From contig OZ024742.1 of NCBI GenBank assembly GCA_964016885.1, positions 205,592,001 through 205,656,000 on the forward strand: DNA of 64,000 nt, written 5' to 3'. Positions 1 to 13,489 of the stretch are shown here, piece after piece. The position numbers were made by a program, and so were the translations under genes. Source of the stretch: Eledone cirrhosa. Lineage: Eukaryota. Under the pieces are notes generated by a model. The model ran no database searches, was not told where the DNA came from, and was given only the letters and a program-made list of their open reading frames with translations. The first letter of the stretch is position 1, and the number at the start of each line of letters is the position of its first letter.

Positions 1-745
1 TCTACCACTAGTACCACTGTAGGGTCCACCTAGGGCAGGCTATCTTCCTCCCACACATTCTCCACATTCATCAGTCTCTCAGACACTTCCAGGCTGCCTT
101 CTGTTCGGTTTCAGTGAGGGCAAGTGCACCATTGTAATCTCAGACACACTTCTCTCACACAACAACATTATTTTCCCTGACACACTGCCTTGTGATCCTG
201 AACACCTCACATCTTTGGTCCTCATGCCGCATAACATGCATAAACTTTTTTACTTTCTTCTTCCTTCCTTGCAAAGTATACTTGTCACCTTGCCTCTCTC
301 CTGGCCACTTGGTAAAGCTCTCTGCTATCCACATTTTGCTATTTCTTCCATGCCTGTCGCTTGGCCTTAATTGTTACCCTACTATTCCACGACCAAGTTA
401 CTCTCCTACTCACCCAGATCGCTGCTCCATCCACATACCTCAGTTGTGGCCTTCAGTAGATTGTCGCTCAGGAACTCCCACTGCTCTTCTATATTGTTTG
501 TCGATATTTCTTCTTTTGTATTGTCAAAAGCATCAAGATATCCTTAAATTTGTTACAGGCTGACGGCTCCTTTAATTTCCATATCTTCCTTCTCCATGTT
601 GCCCTCTGTCTCTAAGTCACTGACTACTAGGTTATGTTGAGAGGTATATTCCTCACCTGGGAGGGACTTTGTGTTTACAACCATCACTATCTTGTTTTCT
701 GGTGAGGATGAAATCTATTTGGATGGTTGTCAATTAGATTTAAGT
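1..745 (-). mobile_element. Decayed RTE-clade LINE fragment (APE-RT linker)
   Basis: The minus strand gives broken matches (QIDFILTRK, RLMNVENVWEEDSLP) to the intact ORF at 59913-63146 ([24 protein letters not shown]), with stops. Confidence 0.7.
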
Positions 746-848
746 AATGTTTGCAAATTTGGGAAGCTAATTTATACTTGCATCTGACCTTGAAACTCAA
801 CTCCTGTATTTTTTCGCTAGTTATGCCAAATTTCAGAAAATTTGTAGT

Positions 849-897
849 TTCATCATCATCATCGTTTAACGTCCATCTTCCATGCTAGCATGGGTTT
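849..897 (-). mobile_element. RTE-type 3' tail remnant
   Basis: (CAT)n-CGTTTAACGTCC...CCATGCTAGCATGGGTT resembles the RTE tails at 47783 and 59413. Confidence 0.6.
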
Positions 898-3145
898 GTA
901 AACTACTTTAAGATTTGTATATTATGAATTATGGGCCACAGATAAAGTATCCTTAAAAGTTGCAATACTGTTAAATAAGTTATACATTAATCATCTTTTC
1001 TTTGATAACTTTGTAGCAGCAAATTATATTATCAAGTTGACATTTTTATTGTATGAAATTGCTATATGTAAGACTAGTGCTCTTAAATTAGTAGAGTAGT
1101 TGGATAGTTGGCACCATCCCTCTCTAGTATAAGAAGAGCTTGATGGTTAGTAATCTTATCTAAATTGGGTTTCAGCAACAGCTGGTTATAAACACCATAT
1201 TCAATAATGTCACTTAACAAAAAAATCCTTATGACCATTTTTGAGAAAGCATATAGAAATATTTACTGCAATCACTTTTCAAAGTTTAAAAAGAATAATA
1301 TTCAATATATATAAACTGAAAAATTAATCTTTCATATGATATTGTACACTTTAAATTCTTTAACTATCTTGTGGACTTTAAATTTAACTGGTGTTCAGAA
1401 ATGTGATAAAATTAATAAAATTTAGGTTCTTGCCTTCCTTATAATTTTAAGAATTTCTATATAAAAGATATTCTTGTATTCCTAGCTGATTCAGACATGG
1501 AATATTGACCACAGATATGTTTGCAGAACAGAAGAGTCTTGCTGAGAGACTTCCGCACTCTAAATACCATATCAGGATTTTGAAATTGATATGTTTTAGG
1601 GTATGTAATGAAATCTACCCATTAAACTTGAAGACATGCTGTGGTGGTAAAGAATGATGAATGGTTTCTGCATATTTTTTTTTCTTTTTGTGAATGTGAT
1701 CTAACATGAGCTGAATAAAGCTGCCGTAACGTTACATACTTTAACCAGAAAGTAAACTTAATTACTAAGAGGGAACACAAGAAAATGGTAGTTTGTTCAT
1801 ATAGACAATGCAATAAGCAGGAAACTTTTGTACTCAACTGAATGCTTTTGAATGCTAGCGACAAGTTATGCATGAATATTTTGTCACTACCCATGACCAT
1901 AACAATTTTTCTTACAGTGCCATAGAATAACAAACTATTTGCTTGAACATAATACATTTACATTCAACAAATTAGAATTGTAAAAAATTATATAAAAGAA
2001 TTTCTGTAAACGTTTTAAACAACACTAATTATATTTCTCAGGAATCTAAACATATACTTGTAATCATATTGCTTGGTATAAATATGAAGACCAGAATTTC
2101 CTACAAATCCTGAAAAAAATTCTATTAGAAAGCAGTAAACTATTACCACAAAAAAGTTCTTGAACAACTAAAAAACGATTTATATATATATATATATATA
2201 TATAAAACTTAAATTTTACATAAGCAGACTCAACATATATAAAAGATAATACTATAAATTCTTTTTGTAGCTTTTTATATTCCACAGACTGAATGATAAA
2301 TTTGCTCTGATTCTTTAGTGTTATTGATTTTCTTTCAAATAAGGTTTCTCCAGCAGAAAAACTTAGATGAGAAATTGCATAAAACTACTGTCCAATCCAT
2401 GCTAACAAACAAAGAAAAATAAAAGTATGAATAGTAGTAGTGATTTATACATATTAACTCTATTCTATATCTATATATATATATATATAGAATACAGTGA
2501 AAGTGGAATGCACACATGCATTCACAAATGTAAGCATGCATTATATAGTTTGGATAAACTATTGTTCAGCATTCAGCTTGTTTGATAAGAATACTCAGCT
2601 TGAAACCCACTTCTTGGTAAGTCTATTATTGATTTTTCCCCCACTGACAGTTTAGTGGCTTATTTAATTAATATACTTCTAGTTGCATGTTCTCTCCTGA
2701 TATGATTTAACTTCTCACACAATGACTTCACAGTGGATTATCCATCTTGCAGTAGGAAAATATGAGAATAAAAGAATGAAGTACAATTTTAAACACTGAT
2801 GGCAAAATATAGCAGACAGGCTTACAAATTTTAAAGCACACAATACCTTGTAGATATTTCCCTAGATATGACAATACTCAGAACTTAAAGAGTCATAACT
2901 AAATGCCACAAAATATTTTGCTCAGCTCTCTAATGACTGACTCTCCCATAGCAGAATAACTATGAAAAAACTAATGTATTGCCACATGCAATGCATGTAA
3001 CCAAATTCTGAATAGTGATACTAATCTTATTGTACTGTACAAATTATACATATATAACAACTATATAGTGGCTTCATGCATCGGTAGCATGTATTGGATC
3101 TATAAAATACATATATATATATATATATATATACATACATACATA

Positions 3146-3358
3146 CGAGGTGTGTCAGAAAAGTTCCAGGACTGATGTCACAAAAGATTTATTTCAAACC
3201 CAAACTTCACACTAAGAGTTTTCTCCTTCAAAGTAATCCCCCTGGAGTATGTAACTGTAATCTTAGCTCTCTGTAGCGATCAAACTTTTTAGTGTGAAGT
3301 TTGGGTTTGAAATAAATCTTTTGTGACATCAGTCCTGGAACTTTTCTGACACACCTCG
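3146..3358. mobile_element. Tc1/mariner-type MITE
   Basis: About 69-bp terminal inverted repeats (CGAGGTGTGTCAGAAAAGTTCC...GGAACTTTTCTGACACACCTCG) with TA on both sides. Confidence 0.85.
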
Positions 3359-3960
3359 TATATATATATACATTCATACATACATCCACACACATATACA
3401 TTGATATCACAAAATAAACTCTTAAACTAAAGGATGTTCTTGAATTCTATTAGAAAAAAATTCTTTTCAGTGAAAGCTAAAATATATATGGCAAATCTGA
3501 AAAGTAGAACATTTTGTGGTATTACCTACAAAATATCATTCAAAGAAAAAAAAAAAAAAGTTCCTAGTTGTTCCTGTCACAAAATCAACCATGTTATGAA
3601 GTGCTATTTTGAAAATATTTATGCATTGAACACAAAAGATTTTCTATGATTTTAAGTAATAAAACTTCCTCTGATAAAAAAAAAATATGGTAGTAGTAGT
3701 AGCGGTGGTGGTAATAGAAGTATCAGTGTTGGTGAAAGTGGTAATGGTGGTAGTAGTTATTTGTTGTATTGGTATAAGATTGTACAATATTGGAGAACAG
3801 TGTGATGACTTAATTCCCCACAGCAGTTGATTGTTTATCAACTCTGAAAGAATGAAGGGTAAAAATCAAGATCTGCAGGATTCTAATTTATTCTATAATG
3901 GAACTTCTGAACTCTAGAATGCAATAAATCCAGTTCTTGATAATTTCCACCGACTAAAAT

Positions 3961-4360
3961 GACAATAATAATGATAATAATGATAATAATGATAATAATG
4001 ATAATAATGATAATAATGATGATAATGATGATAATGATAATGATGATGATAATGATAATGATGATAATGATAATCATCATCATCATCATCATCGTTTTAC
4101 ATGCGTTCTTCCACGCTAGCATGGGTTAGACGGGTTGTCCTGTTGTGGGCAGTGTCGTCGGCTGACCATGCCTTGCTCATACAGGAACTGATTTTGGCTT
4201 GATTTCTATAGCCGGATGCCCTTCCTAACACCAACCTCATTTACAGTGAGTGCTGGGTGCTTTTTTTCCGTGGCGCCTACACGTCCACTTTACAGTGTGG
4301 GCTGGGTGCTTTTTTGCCGTGGCACCTCCACGACCACCTTGCAGTGGGAGGGTGTGGGGG
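3961..4360 (-). mobile_element. RTE-tailed SINE/LINE 3' end with (ATA/ATG/ATC)n microsatellite
   Basis: Triplet array at 3961-4092, then GGATGCCCTTCCTAACACCAACC, shared with the SINE at 22664 and the RTE 3' UTRs. Confidence 0.7.
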
Positions 4361-4562
4361 CATAATAATAATAATAATAATGATAATAATGACGACGATT
4401 ACTTTTGTCCATACGAAACTGTATGCTCCATCATCAACTCTATGCTCCTGATAATTATTTTAGAAACATTGAAAAGCAAAAAAAAGTAAGGTTGAAATTT
4501 GCAATATTCATTTTGATCATTGACTTTTCCATACTGACATGGGTTGGTTGGAACTTTTTGAG

Positions 4563-4790
4563 GCAATACACCGTAGAAGCTAGTGCCATGCTCTCCTTAG
4601 ACAGTGTCTTACATAATAAAGTTACAATCAAGGAGGACTGGGGAATAAACATTTAATTAAGAAACATCGCTGTTTTTCCGTTCCTTTTGTCACCTCAATT
4701 TTGGATTACCTCCTTCATTGTAACTTTATTATGTAAGATGCTGTCTGAGGAGAACATGGCACTAGCTTACTAGCTTCTATGCTGTATTGC
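4563..4790. repeat. Degenerate inverted repeat (old MITE-like)
   Basis: Arms 4563-4637 and 4709-4790 are imperfect reverse complements (CTTACATAATAAAGTTACAAT / ATTGTAACTTTATTATGTAAG). Confidence 0.7.
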
Positions 4791-4939
4791 GTAACTCTTT
4801 GTCGTCCTCAAAATATGTATAACGGCCTTATCAATAAAGGACTTTATCATCTAAACTTTGCATTTCCTTATTCTAAAAATACTCCATCACTCCTGTGAAG
4901 AAAATGCACGTTGAGTTCTTGAATGGAAGTACATCAATA

Positions 4940-5684
4940 TTTTTAAGCACCGAAACATCTATGATCTGCAGTAAACAGCTGATGAAGGGCTACTTTTCTT
5001 TTCTTGTTTACATCCCTATTACCATCTTACACTTTGTTTACAATAACCACACAGCCTGCCTCTTTACTTGTTATTTTTGTATTTACTGCTGTGACCCCCC
5101 CCTCTACCGGTTTTGCTCGGTTTGTTGTCCCACCACACTTTCCTATCGACCCTCTCCTTCTCTCTCTATCCATCTGTTCGTTTTCGGCCTGGTTACACAC
5201 GTCATAAACCCCTTTTGGATTAGCTCCCTTTCCTTCTCTCCCTTCCGGTTTCTCCGTCTTTTTCTCTTCTCTCTCTACAATCACTTTATTGAGATCGCAC
5301 TGAATAACCTTTCTCTGCAGTTATACGGCCACCGAGTTTAAATCCAATCGGTACGTTTTAACTTATTCTATTTTCTCCTCGGTTACTCACTTGCATGTAC
5401 CATTGTCCTGTGTTCCCTCTTCTATTCAGTTTGTTTACTTTGTTTTTTCCTCTTTCCCTTTTTTTTTCTTTCTTCCTATCTTCACTATCATTTCTTTCTC
5501 TCATGGCCTTTTGATGGATAAAAGGCCTCGGGCACACTGCCGATCGATGTCCTGTTTTTAAGTGCCGAAACATCTATGATCTGCAGTAAACAGCTGATGA
5601 AGGGCTACTTTTCTTCTCTTGTTTACGTCCCTATTACCATCTTACACTTTGTTTACAGTAACCACACAGCCTGCCTCTTTACTT
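4940..5684 (+). repeat. About 130-bp direct repeats 615 bp apart (pLTR-like relic)
   Basis: 4940-5069 is nearly identical to 5555-5684 (CCGAAACATCTATGATCTGCAGTAAACAGCTGATGAAGGGCTAC...); the spacer is pyrimidine-rich. Confidence 0.75.
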
Positions 5685-5713
5685 ATTTATATATATATAT
5701 ATATATGTATATA

Positions 5714-6092
5714 TTTCTTTTGCAAGGTTTTTTATATGAAATCGTGTCGAAACAAATATTGTTATACTTGGGGAGGGTCATAAAAATGGCATAGACATTA
5801 CAATACAATACAATACAATAGGAGGGAACATAATAATAGTACCACTAATGATGTTGCAGATGTGCAACGAAAGAACTTTGATAGACTATATATATATATA
5901 TATATATATATACATTTATATATATATATTTTTAACCATTGGTCAGTCAATGATAAACATTGATTGTCAAATAAATTAACTATGGAGATATAAAAGATAC
6001 AGAAGCGAAAACCAACCAAACAGTGAGTGTGTTCTGTTATTATTTCTGGCAATATTATTACAACAATATGACCCTCCCCAAGTATAACAATA
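5714..6092. mobile_element. Short fold-back Penelope-like insertion (family of 41237-44597)
   Basis: Inverted copies of ATGACCCTCCC(C)AAGTATAACAATA at 5756-5780 (-) and 6068-6092 (+). The plus arm is homologous to 44230-44541; the minus arm carries the tail. Confidence 0.85.
5840..5883 (+). ncRNA. Hammerhead ribozyme, core-mutated
   Basis: TACCA CTAATGA T GTTGCA GATG TGCAAC GAAA GAAC TT TGATA, with a G-to-A change in CUGANGA. Confidence 0.65.
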
Positions 6093-7160
6093 TAGGTATA
6101 TATTTCACTATATGTAAAACTTCCATGGGAAGGTTGCCACACAAATGATGACTTAAGGACTAATGCAAAGTTTGAAGAAGAGATTAATTAAAGATAATCA
6201 AACTACAATCCAAAGAATTTTAAAGATCTTACACTTAACAGTTCCCAGGCTATGGGTGTCTGAACATCAGAATGCTCTTTGCCTTATATATAAATGACAT
6301 TTTTTACAAATTCATTGGCATACCCTCTCCTTGTAATAGAAAAAAACCTTATAACACACACACTGAGGAATTGAGATAATATAGAATATATTTCCAAACT
6401 TTACTATGTGATGTACATTTCAGTACCTTTTGTGTTTTTCTTATGTTTACGTAGCTATATAATCTGGATTTATGGAAGGCACATCTTTAGATTTAAAATA
6501 AGTTGTTACAATAGCATAACATTTACTCTTTGGATATTAACATGACATAGTTCTTTCTATTAAAGGACTACTACTATGTGTCACCAAAAATAGTCATTGA
6601 CTGTCAGATAGTCTGTTGGGGATCCATAGTTCACTCATTTGATTTAAACAAGAATTTGTGTGCATGTGTAAAAACTAAATATTTCATACTAAATCAAGTA
6701 ATTTGAAATAATTATATTGATAAGATATATATTGAAACAAAAATAATGTTTAAATGTGATTAGAAGCCAGCTAATCTAGGAACAAAATCCTCAATTTCAT
6801 AATTAACAGTCAACATTAAAATGAGTTAGGTGATGGAGCAAATGTATACGTTAGATTTTTATTCTTTTCTAAATGGTCTTCGTATAGAAAAGCACTATAA
6901 ATGAAATTGGAATGAAGTTCTCTGTATTGATCAGTAACTTGAGATGTAATATGGAGTGGGAGAACATCAAATAACTGTAAAACAAGCTTTACTACTCCAT
7001 CTATTATAAATAATATCAATTACAGATATTCTAAACACTTTTACATATAGATTCATAATAATCTTTAAGCTTTTCAGCATATGAAGGAGTCAGCAGTAAT
7101 TGCTTTTACAAGAAATTTTACTATAAATGTTACTATAAATAGTTTTAGTTAAAATAATGC

Positions 7161-7500
7161 AGCAATAATAATTGTTTCTACGTTTGGCACAAGGCCAGCA
7201 ATTACCCAGTGCATTACTGGTACTTTATTTTATCGACCCCGTAATGATGAAAGGCAAAGTTAACCTCGGCGGGATTTGAACTCAGAATGGTAAGGGTCAT
7301 AACTCTATACGTCAAAGCATGGCGTCGACGTATAGAGTTACGGCCCTTGCCATTCTGAGTTCAAATCCCAGCAATAATAATTGTTTCTACTTTAGGCACA
7401 AGGCCAGCAATTATCCAGTGCATTACTGGTACTTTATTTTATCGACCCCGTAAGGATGAAAGGCAAAGTCAACCTCGGCGGGATTTGAACTCAGATCGTA
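7161..7500 (-). mobile_element. Two tandem tRNA-derived SINE copies with an internal inversion
   Basis: Two copies of the 19619 SINE body (B box GTTCAAATCC on the minus strand); 43-bp inverted repeat at 7271-7313 / 7327-7369. Confidence 0.85.
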
Positions 7501-8772
7501 GAGGTACAATAGCTTATGAATGGTGTTGTTAAACATTACATATGGCTATAGAGTAAGATAAATCACTAATTTCATATCAACATGGTTAGAAATCACTATC
7601 AATCATGGTTAGTTGTGTGATTTTAAGAATTCAATCATTTACTCACTCACACACAGCTTGCTTAAAGAACAAATACCAATATTTAAATTGGTGTCATAAA
7701 AAAATGGATATACAATAGAGAAATGCACAGAAAGTATACAACAAATTTGGACAATAACTGTTAAAAATTATATTTATAAGTTTTATAGGATTTTTTTTTA
7801 TAACTGTAAAGCAATATCAGTGACTCTAGGCTTTGTGCTTAAAGGCATTTATCAAACTAAGCCCTTGAGTCAATGGTGTACCTTCACAGCTCTAGTAAAG
7901 TGTATATCACTCAACTTACGTTTAAGTTTTATTTTTGCCATTTGTACAACCGTGCCTAAGTTTTATATGAAGAATTAACAAAGAATAAATTCCTTTTAAA
8001 TCCAAAGAGCTGTACATATATAAGAAGTGGTAAACAATGGTGATCTGGTAAATTTGAGAACAATGGCAATATGCTATATTACTCACTCATGTAAAAACAT
8101 ACCAACAAGAAAAAAACATATATGATACTGATGATTTTATGACAATTTTTTACAAAATGAAGAAATGATCACTAAGAAAATTCATCATAAATCATAAATT
8201 AACATTAATATAAAAACATACCAAATTTTATCTCCTGAAAAATGTCACTAACAACGAGCCATAAAAATATCAATAAGATTTTACATCAGGCAATTAAAAT
8301 TACATTATATTGCAACGAGTATAGCGAGCATCTAGAGATATATGGGAATATAAATGTTGAGATATAGTTGAAAGATAAAAAAATTTATTTGATTTAATGC
8401 CATTTATAATATTTTTCTCTGACTCTTTGGGCAAACCACTATCTGTTCATCATCAAAATTTGTTTTAGTGTTGACTTAAAAAGAAAGGATAAATAAAGAA
8501 GAAAATATAAATATGAATTAAATGCATCAATGTAGTAGCTATATGAAAGCCTATATAATCTGTTAATTCAATTGCATTTTAAAATGCACTGCTTCTGCAA
8601 TGCATATATAAATCAATATAGAAGTGTATAAATGTATATATGTGTGTATATGCGTGTGTGTATAGATATATAAGTATGTATGTATGCAAAAGATAAACAG
8701 AAATAACAACACAATCGGTACAGTATATGGAAGAAATATATTAGGTTAATGCTTGAAATAGCAGGAAGAGGG

Positions 8773-8808
8773 TCTTAAAGTTTCCGACGCTAGTCCTTCA
8801 TCAGAAGA
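8773..8808 (-). ncRNA. Minimal hammerhead relic
   Basis: Minus strand: TCTT CTGATGA A GGAC TAGC GTCG GAAA CTTT AAGA, with mismatches in stems II and III. Confidence 0.5.
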
Positions 8809-9941
8809 AAGAATGAGAAATAGGGACGGGCGGGGTGGAATTGGAAAAAATGTCTTTAGATTGTGTATAAATAGCACCTCTATGTTTTACATAGATTTAC
8901 AGTGTACTGTAGATTTTGAATTGAGGTGTTGAAGGTCTGTTAGATAGGTTGCATGCTTATTTTTCATGTATGTTTGTGGGAAAAGCTGCAGTATATATAT
9001 ATATATATATATATTTTCTTTTTTGTTGATCGACTTTCGTCAAATCGGACCAAGGAAACAATGTTTCCGTTGGTCTTTCCAATTGCTAATACTATCTATC
9101 GGTCGCAACTCCAGGTAGAAGGAGCAACGTGAAATAAAGTGTCTTGCTCAAGGACATATATATATATATTTATTAAAATAACAAATTAAAGTTTTAATCT
9201 GTTATTTAAATTTTAATCTGTTATTTTAATAAATATTTGCTCTATGGTTCTTATATATTTGATATATATTTATCCTTATCGAGCCCTCTTTCTTTTTTAG
9301 TCTTCACATTTATTATTATTACTATTATTATTATGATATCTATACTCTGAGGTGAATTTTAACCGACACAGTTATTGATCGCCTTTTGCTGTTTTAACAG
9401 CTCCCTTGCGTTGAGTTTTTCCCATTATTCTACGAATTCTAATACACTCGATAATCGCATGCGCATATATATATAGTTGCATGCTTATTTTCCATGTATA
9501 TTTGTTGGAAAAGCTGCAGTATGCACACACACACACACATTTTTGAAGCTTGAAAAGATTAGTATTTAGTCCTGGTTTTATGGCCTTAAACAGATGAGCA
9601 ATTAAAATCTTCTTCAATAAGACACCCATATATTGCAAGTTAATATTCTCAGTCAACCTGGTACTTATTTCTAATAGACAGCTAAATAAATACAATGTAA
9701 TCTGTAGTATTTTGCCTCAAAACAATTAAAAAGTTTACAGTGGGTTTTAACTCATGATTTATGTGTAGCCTAATTCCCTTGGTCAGCTCTCTTCTATTTA
9801 TTGTCATTTATTATTGTTCTTTATTTATAGATTAAATAGAATACCCTACGTATAATAATAATAATAATAATAATAATACAAGGATAAGGATAATAATAAT
9901 AATACAAGGACGAATGGTTACTCCATTATGTTCATTGGTTT

Positions 9942-10024
9942 GTGACGCGCGTTTCGCTATTGATCAGCTCAAGGTTCGATCTGTATCGATCTAGCCTGAC
10001 TCTGGAATCAAAAGCTCATCGGAC
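9942..10024 (-). ncRNA. Hammerhead-like motif with long stem II
   Basis: Minus strand: GT CCGATGA GCTTTTGAT...ATCAATAGC GAAAC GCGC GTC AC. Palindromic stem III and GUC site, but a U-to-C core change and weak stem I. Confidence 0.45.
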
Positions 10025-10092
10025 CTCTGTTGTAACGATAACAGAATGAATTCACCCAGGTGAACCTACAGTAACACTGCTTAACACTCCCT

Positions 10093-10150
<58 letters not shown>

Positions 10151-13100
10151 TATCATGTAATTTTGGTCATTCATTTAAAATAAACATTTATAACGTATTT
10201 GATTTAGTCTTACTTTTGTCATTTCACATGTATTTTTGTCATGTGTACAAATGTTAACATTTGGAATGATTGCTTGGAACAGATGATTATCTTTTATAAT
10301 AACTGACACACAGTAACACATGAAATTCAGGATTTATGAAACCAAATACAACAATTTGGCCTTGCAACCATATCAGGTTTCATACACATACTGAAATTTA
10401 TTTTAATATTATAATTACTTTTCTATGGTTGACTTGGAATTGATAAAATAAGTAACAGTCAAGTACTTTGGTCAATTAAATCAACTCCACACTTCATTGC
10501 TTTGTGCTTACATTAAAAATTACAATTATCAATAGTTTCTTTTTTAATTTTATCTTTTTACAAATTTAATTTTTGAGTAAAACAGAGTGCATTTTAAAAT
10601 AATTCTTTATTAACAAATTAAATATTAAAAAAATTACAATATATATTTGTTATAAATTAACAAGATAAGAATATTTTTTTATCAATAATTGTTCTTTTAT
10701 CTATATTGAGGGTAAAGAGGGAAATATTTCTTTAAATATTTTCTAATATCACCTGGGAAAAATATGAAGATGCCAAGTTCAAATTAATGGCTGTGGTTAG
10801 AGTTATTGATTCAATCTAATGGCTTTGAGCCGTTTCTACAGTAACTTGAGAAAAATGACATCTCATGAGCCAAGTAGGAAATAACTTTCTTTTCTACTCT
10901 GATATTTAACATATCTATCTTCAATTTTACACTAACATTTCCAATACAATACTACAATGCTAAAGCATCTATATTACTCATTAACTATAGACAATTTTAG
11001 GGAGAAGATTATCCTTATTGTTCAAATAATATATTTCTAACTATATCTATTCTTAGATAAATATAGTGCCAATTTGATTTCTATTGATACATAAGATAAT
11101 CTACAACATTCTCATACTATGATATTGAGAGCCATAGTTTTCATTTAAGAACCAGTATTTGAAGTTGAAAATGTGTATACCTGTGTATAACTAACAATTT
11201 CAATAGTTAAATGTCTTACGGTCAACTAACAATGATACTATATTACAGGTACTTATTTTATCTACCATGAAGGTTTGGAATGCTAAACTGACCTTGATGG
11301 GAACTGAACTTACTAATGAAATGTTGAATTAAATGGTAGAAGACATGTTGGTCCAATGTCGCTATAACCAATACTGCTGACCTAAATTTGATGATAATAA
11401 TAATCATGATTTAAAAATCGAGACAAATACATAACATATTGAAAATAGTATGATTAGACACTTGCACACTTTATGTACTCTCAATATCGAACTAAAACAA
11501 GATACACATGTATCCAAGGTATATAGTGCTCAGTTTAGTTTTCAGTATACAATAAAAAAAATAAAGCTATTGAAAAACATAATAAATACTTCTTATCAGC
11601 ACTGTTTACAAAGAATATTATTCTCTAAATATTTTTATTATTCCAATCACTACAAAACCACCATTATTATTACTACTCTCAAAATTATTTTGATTTCATA
11701 TTTGTTAGATAATTTCTTGTGTCCTACACATTCTATTGGTTTCTAGTAGCATTAGTTTTTTACAACTATTAAGAGATGTCATGAGATGGCAGTAAAAAAC
11801 CTCAATACAAATGTGAATAAATAAGGCTATATTTCTCTATTCAACATCTAGTCTGAAGCTTCTAAGGTTGATGGGTCACTAGACAAAACACAAAATTAAT
11901 TACACAGATATCAAATGAAATATTTTTTTCTTTTATAAAAGGTGTTATGAAGGAGAACAAGAAATATAAAAAAATAAAACAGCCTACAAGAACAGTGTAT
12001 AGAAACTTTCTGATATTGAGGCATCTGCAATCTGTTTTATGATTAACAAATACAGAACATAACACTCAAGCTTCTTTTATATTACATTTCTTCCTCAGTC
12101 ATATCTAACATCCAGTTTTTCATGATTACTACATGCATGGGTTATATTTGGCACCACTCCAAATATGTGCAGTTCTGCCTATGTCACACTAACTATCAGA
12201 GTTTTAACCCCATTAACCACATATTGAATAAAATGTTAATAGATATCTCACTGTATAGATAAAACTAAACATTGAATTCAAAAGAACTTACTGTAGCTCC
12301 CATTTCCATTGCACACCCTTCACCACTATTGCAACTTATCCAATATCATCACAAAACACCCCATCCCCACTTACATACACACAGAGACTTGCCTGTTAGA
12401 AATGAAATGTGTTTCTGTACACAAATCAAAAATTAATTTACAAAGTCAAAACAATCAATAGTGCACAGATTTTAAATGAAGGGCAATGTTATGATGTGTG
12501 TAAAGATGTGCTTACACACAGAGAGAGGGGGAGGAGGAGGGGATTATAGAATGAAAAGTAAAAAAAAAAAAATTTTAACAGCCTAAGAAAGTCAGACATA
12601 TTTAAATCCGCCTTATTGAAATGACAAATCATTTTAAATAACTGCTGCAGCTGAGTAACTTAATTCTTTACAGTTATCTCAGATATTTTAAGTAATCTCT
12701 CTACATTACATCATATAAATCCATTGCAAAAGTTTGTTCTAAATGATAAAACAACAATTTATTTCTCCCTATGTCTAGTGAATTTAATCAACCTAGCTAT
12801 AGTTTTGGCACTTATTTTACCAACCTCTGGAAGCACTTGAATGAAGATACACCAACTAGGCTCAGTAAAATACCTAATTTGTTACTCTTCTGTTTATTAC
12901 AATGTCTTTGTTCTAATAACAATAACAAAGCTTATCGCCATTGCTACACACTTTTTTAAAATTAATATCATAATTCTGCCAAATACTTTTGTCATTTCTA
13001 ATGCTTTTCCTTCAGTTTTTTTCTTCAATTTTTGTTAATCCATTGAAACTTTCATTTTTTTGACATCAGAACCAGACTGGGTTTTTTTAAAGAAAAAAAC

Positions 13101-13443
13101 AACACAAAACTAAAAAATGAATTTCTAAATCAAAACACAAAAACAGTATAGTGAACAAATAACAATATAGCCCTTCCATTGCCCCAACTCAGAGGAATTA
13201 AAGTAGAATAAAATAAGAGAATCCTCTTTGAAACAAAGGGAGTCATGCAAATAATATATACAGCTCACCAGTTCTGGGACAGAAAAGTTCAAAGTTAAAG
13301 AAAGGTAATAGCTGTAAAGAATTAACTACAAAGACAAATTATCCCAACTTAAAAAACAATTTGTAAATGCCATCTAAGGCATACCAGCTTAAAAAGAAAA
13401 TTGGCAAAAAAAAAAAAAAGATTAAACACACACACTCACTGGC

Positions 13444-13489
<46 letters not shown>

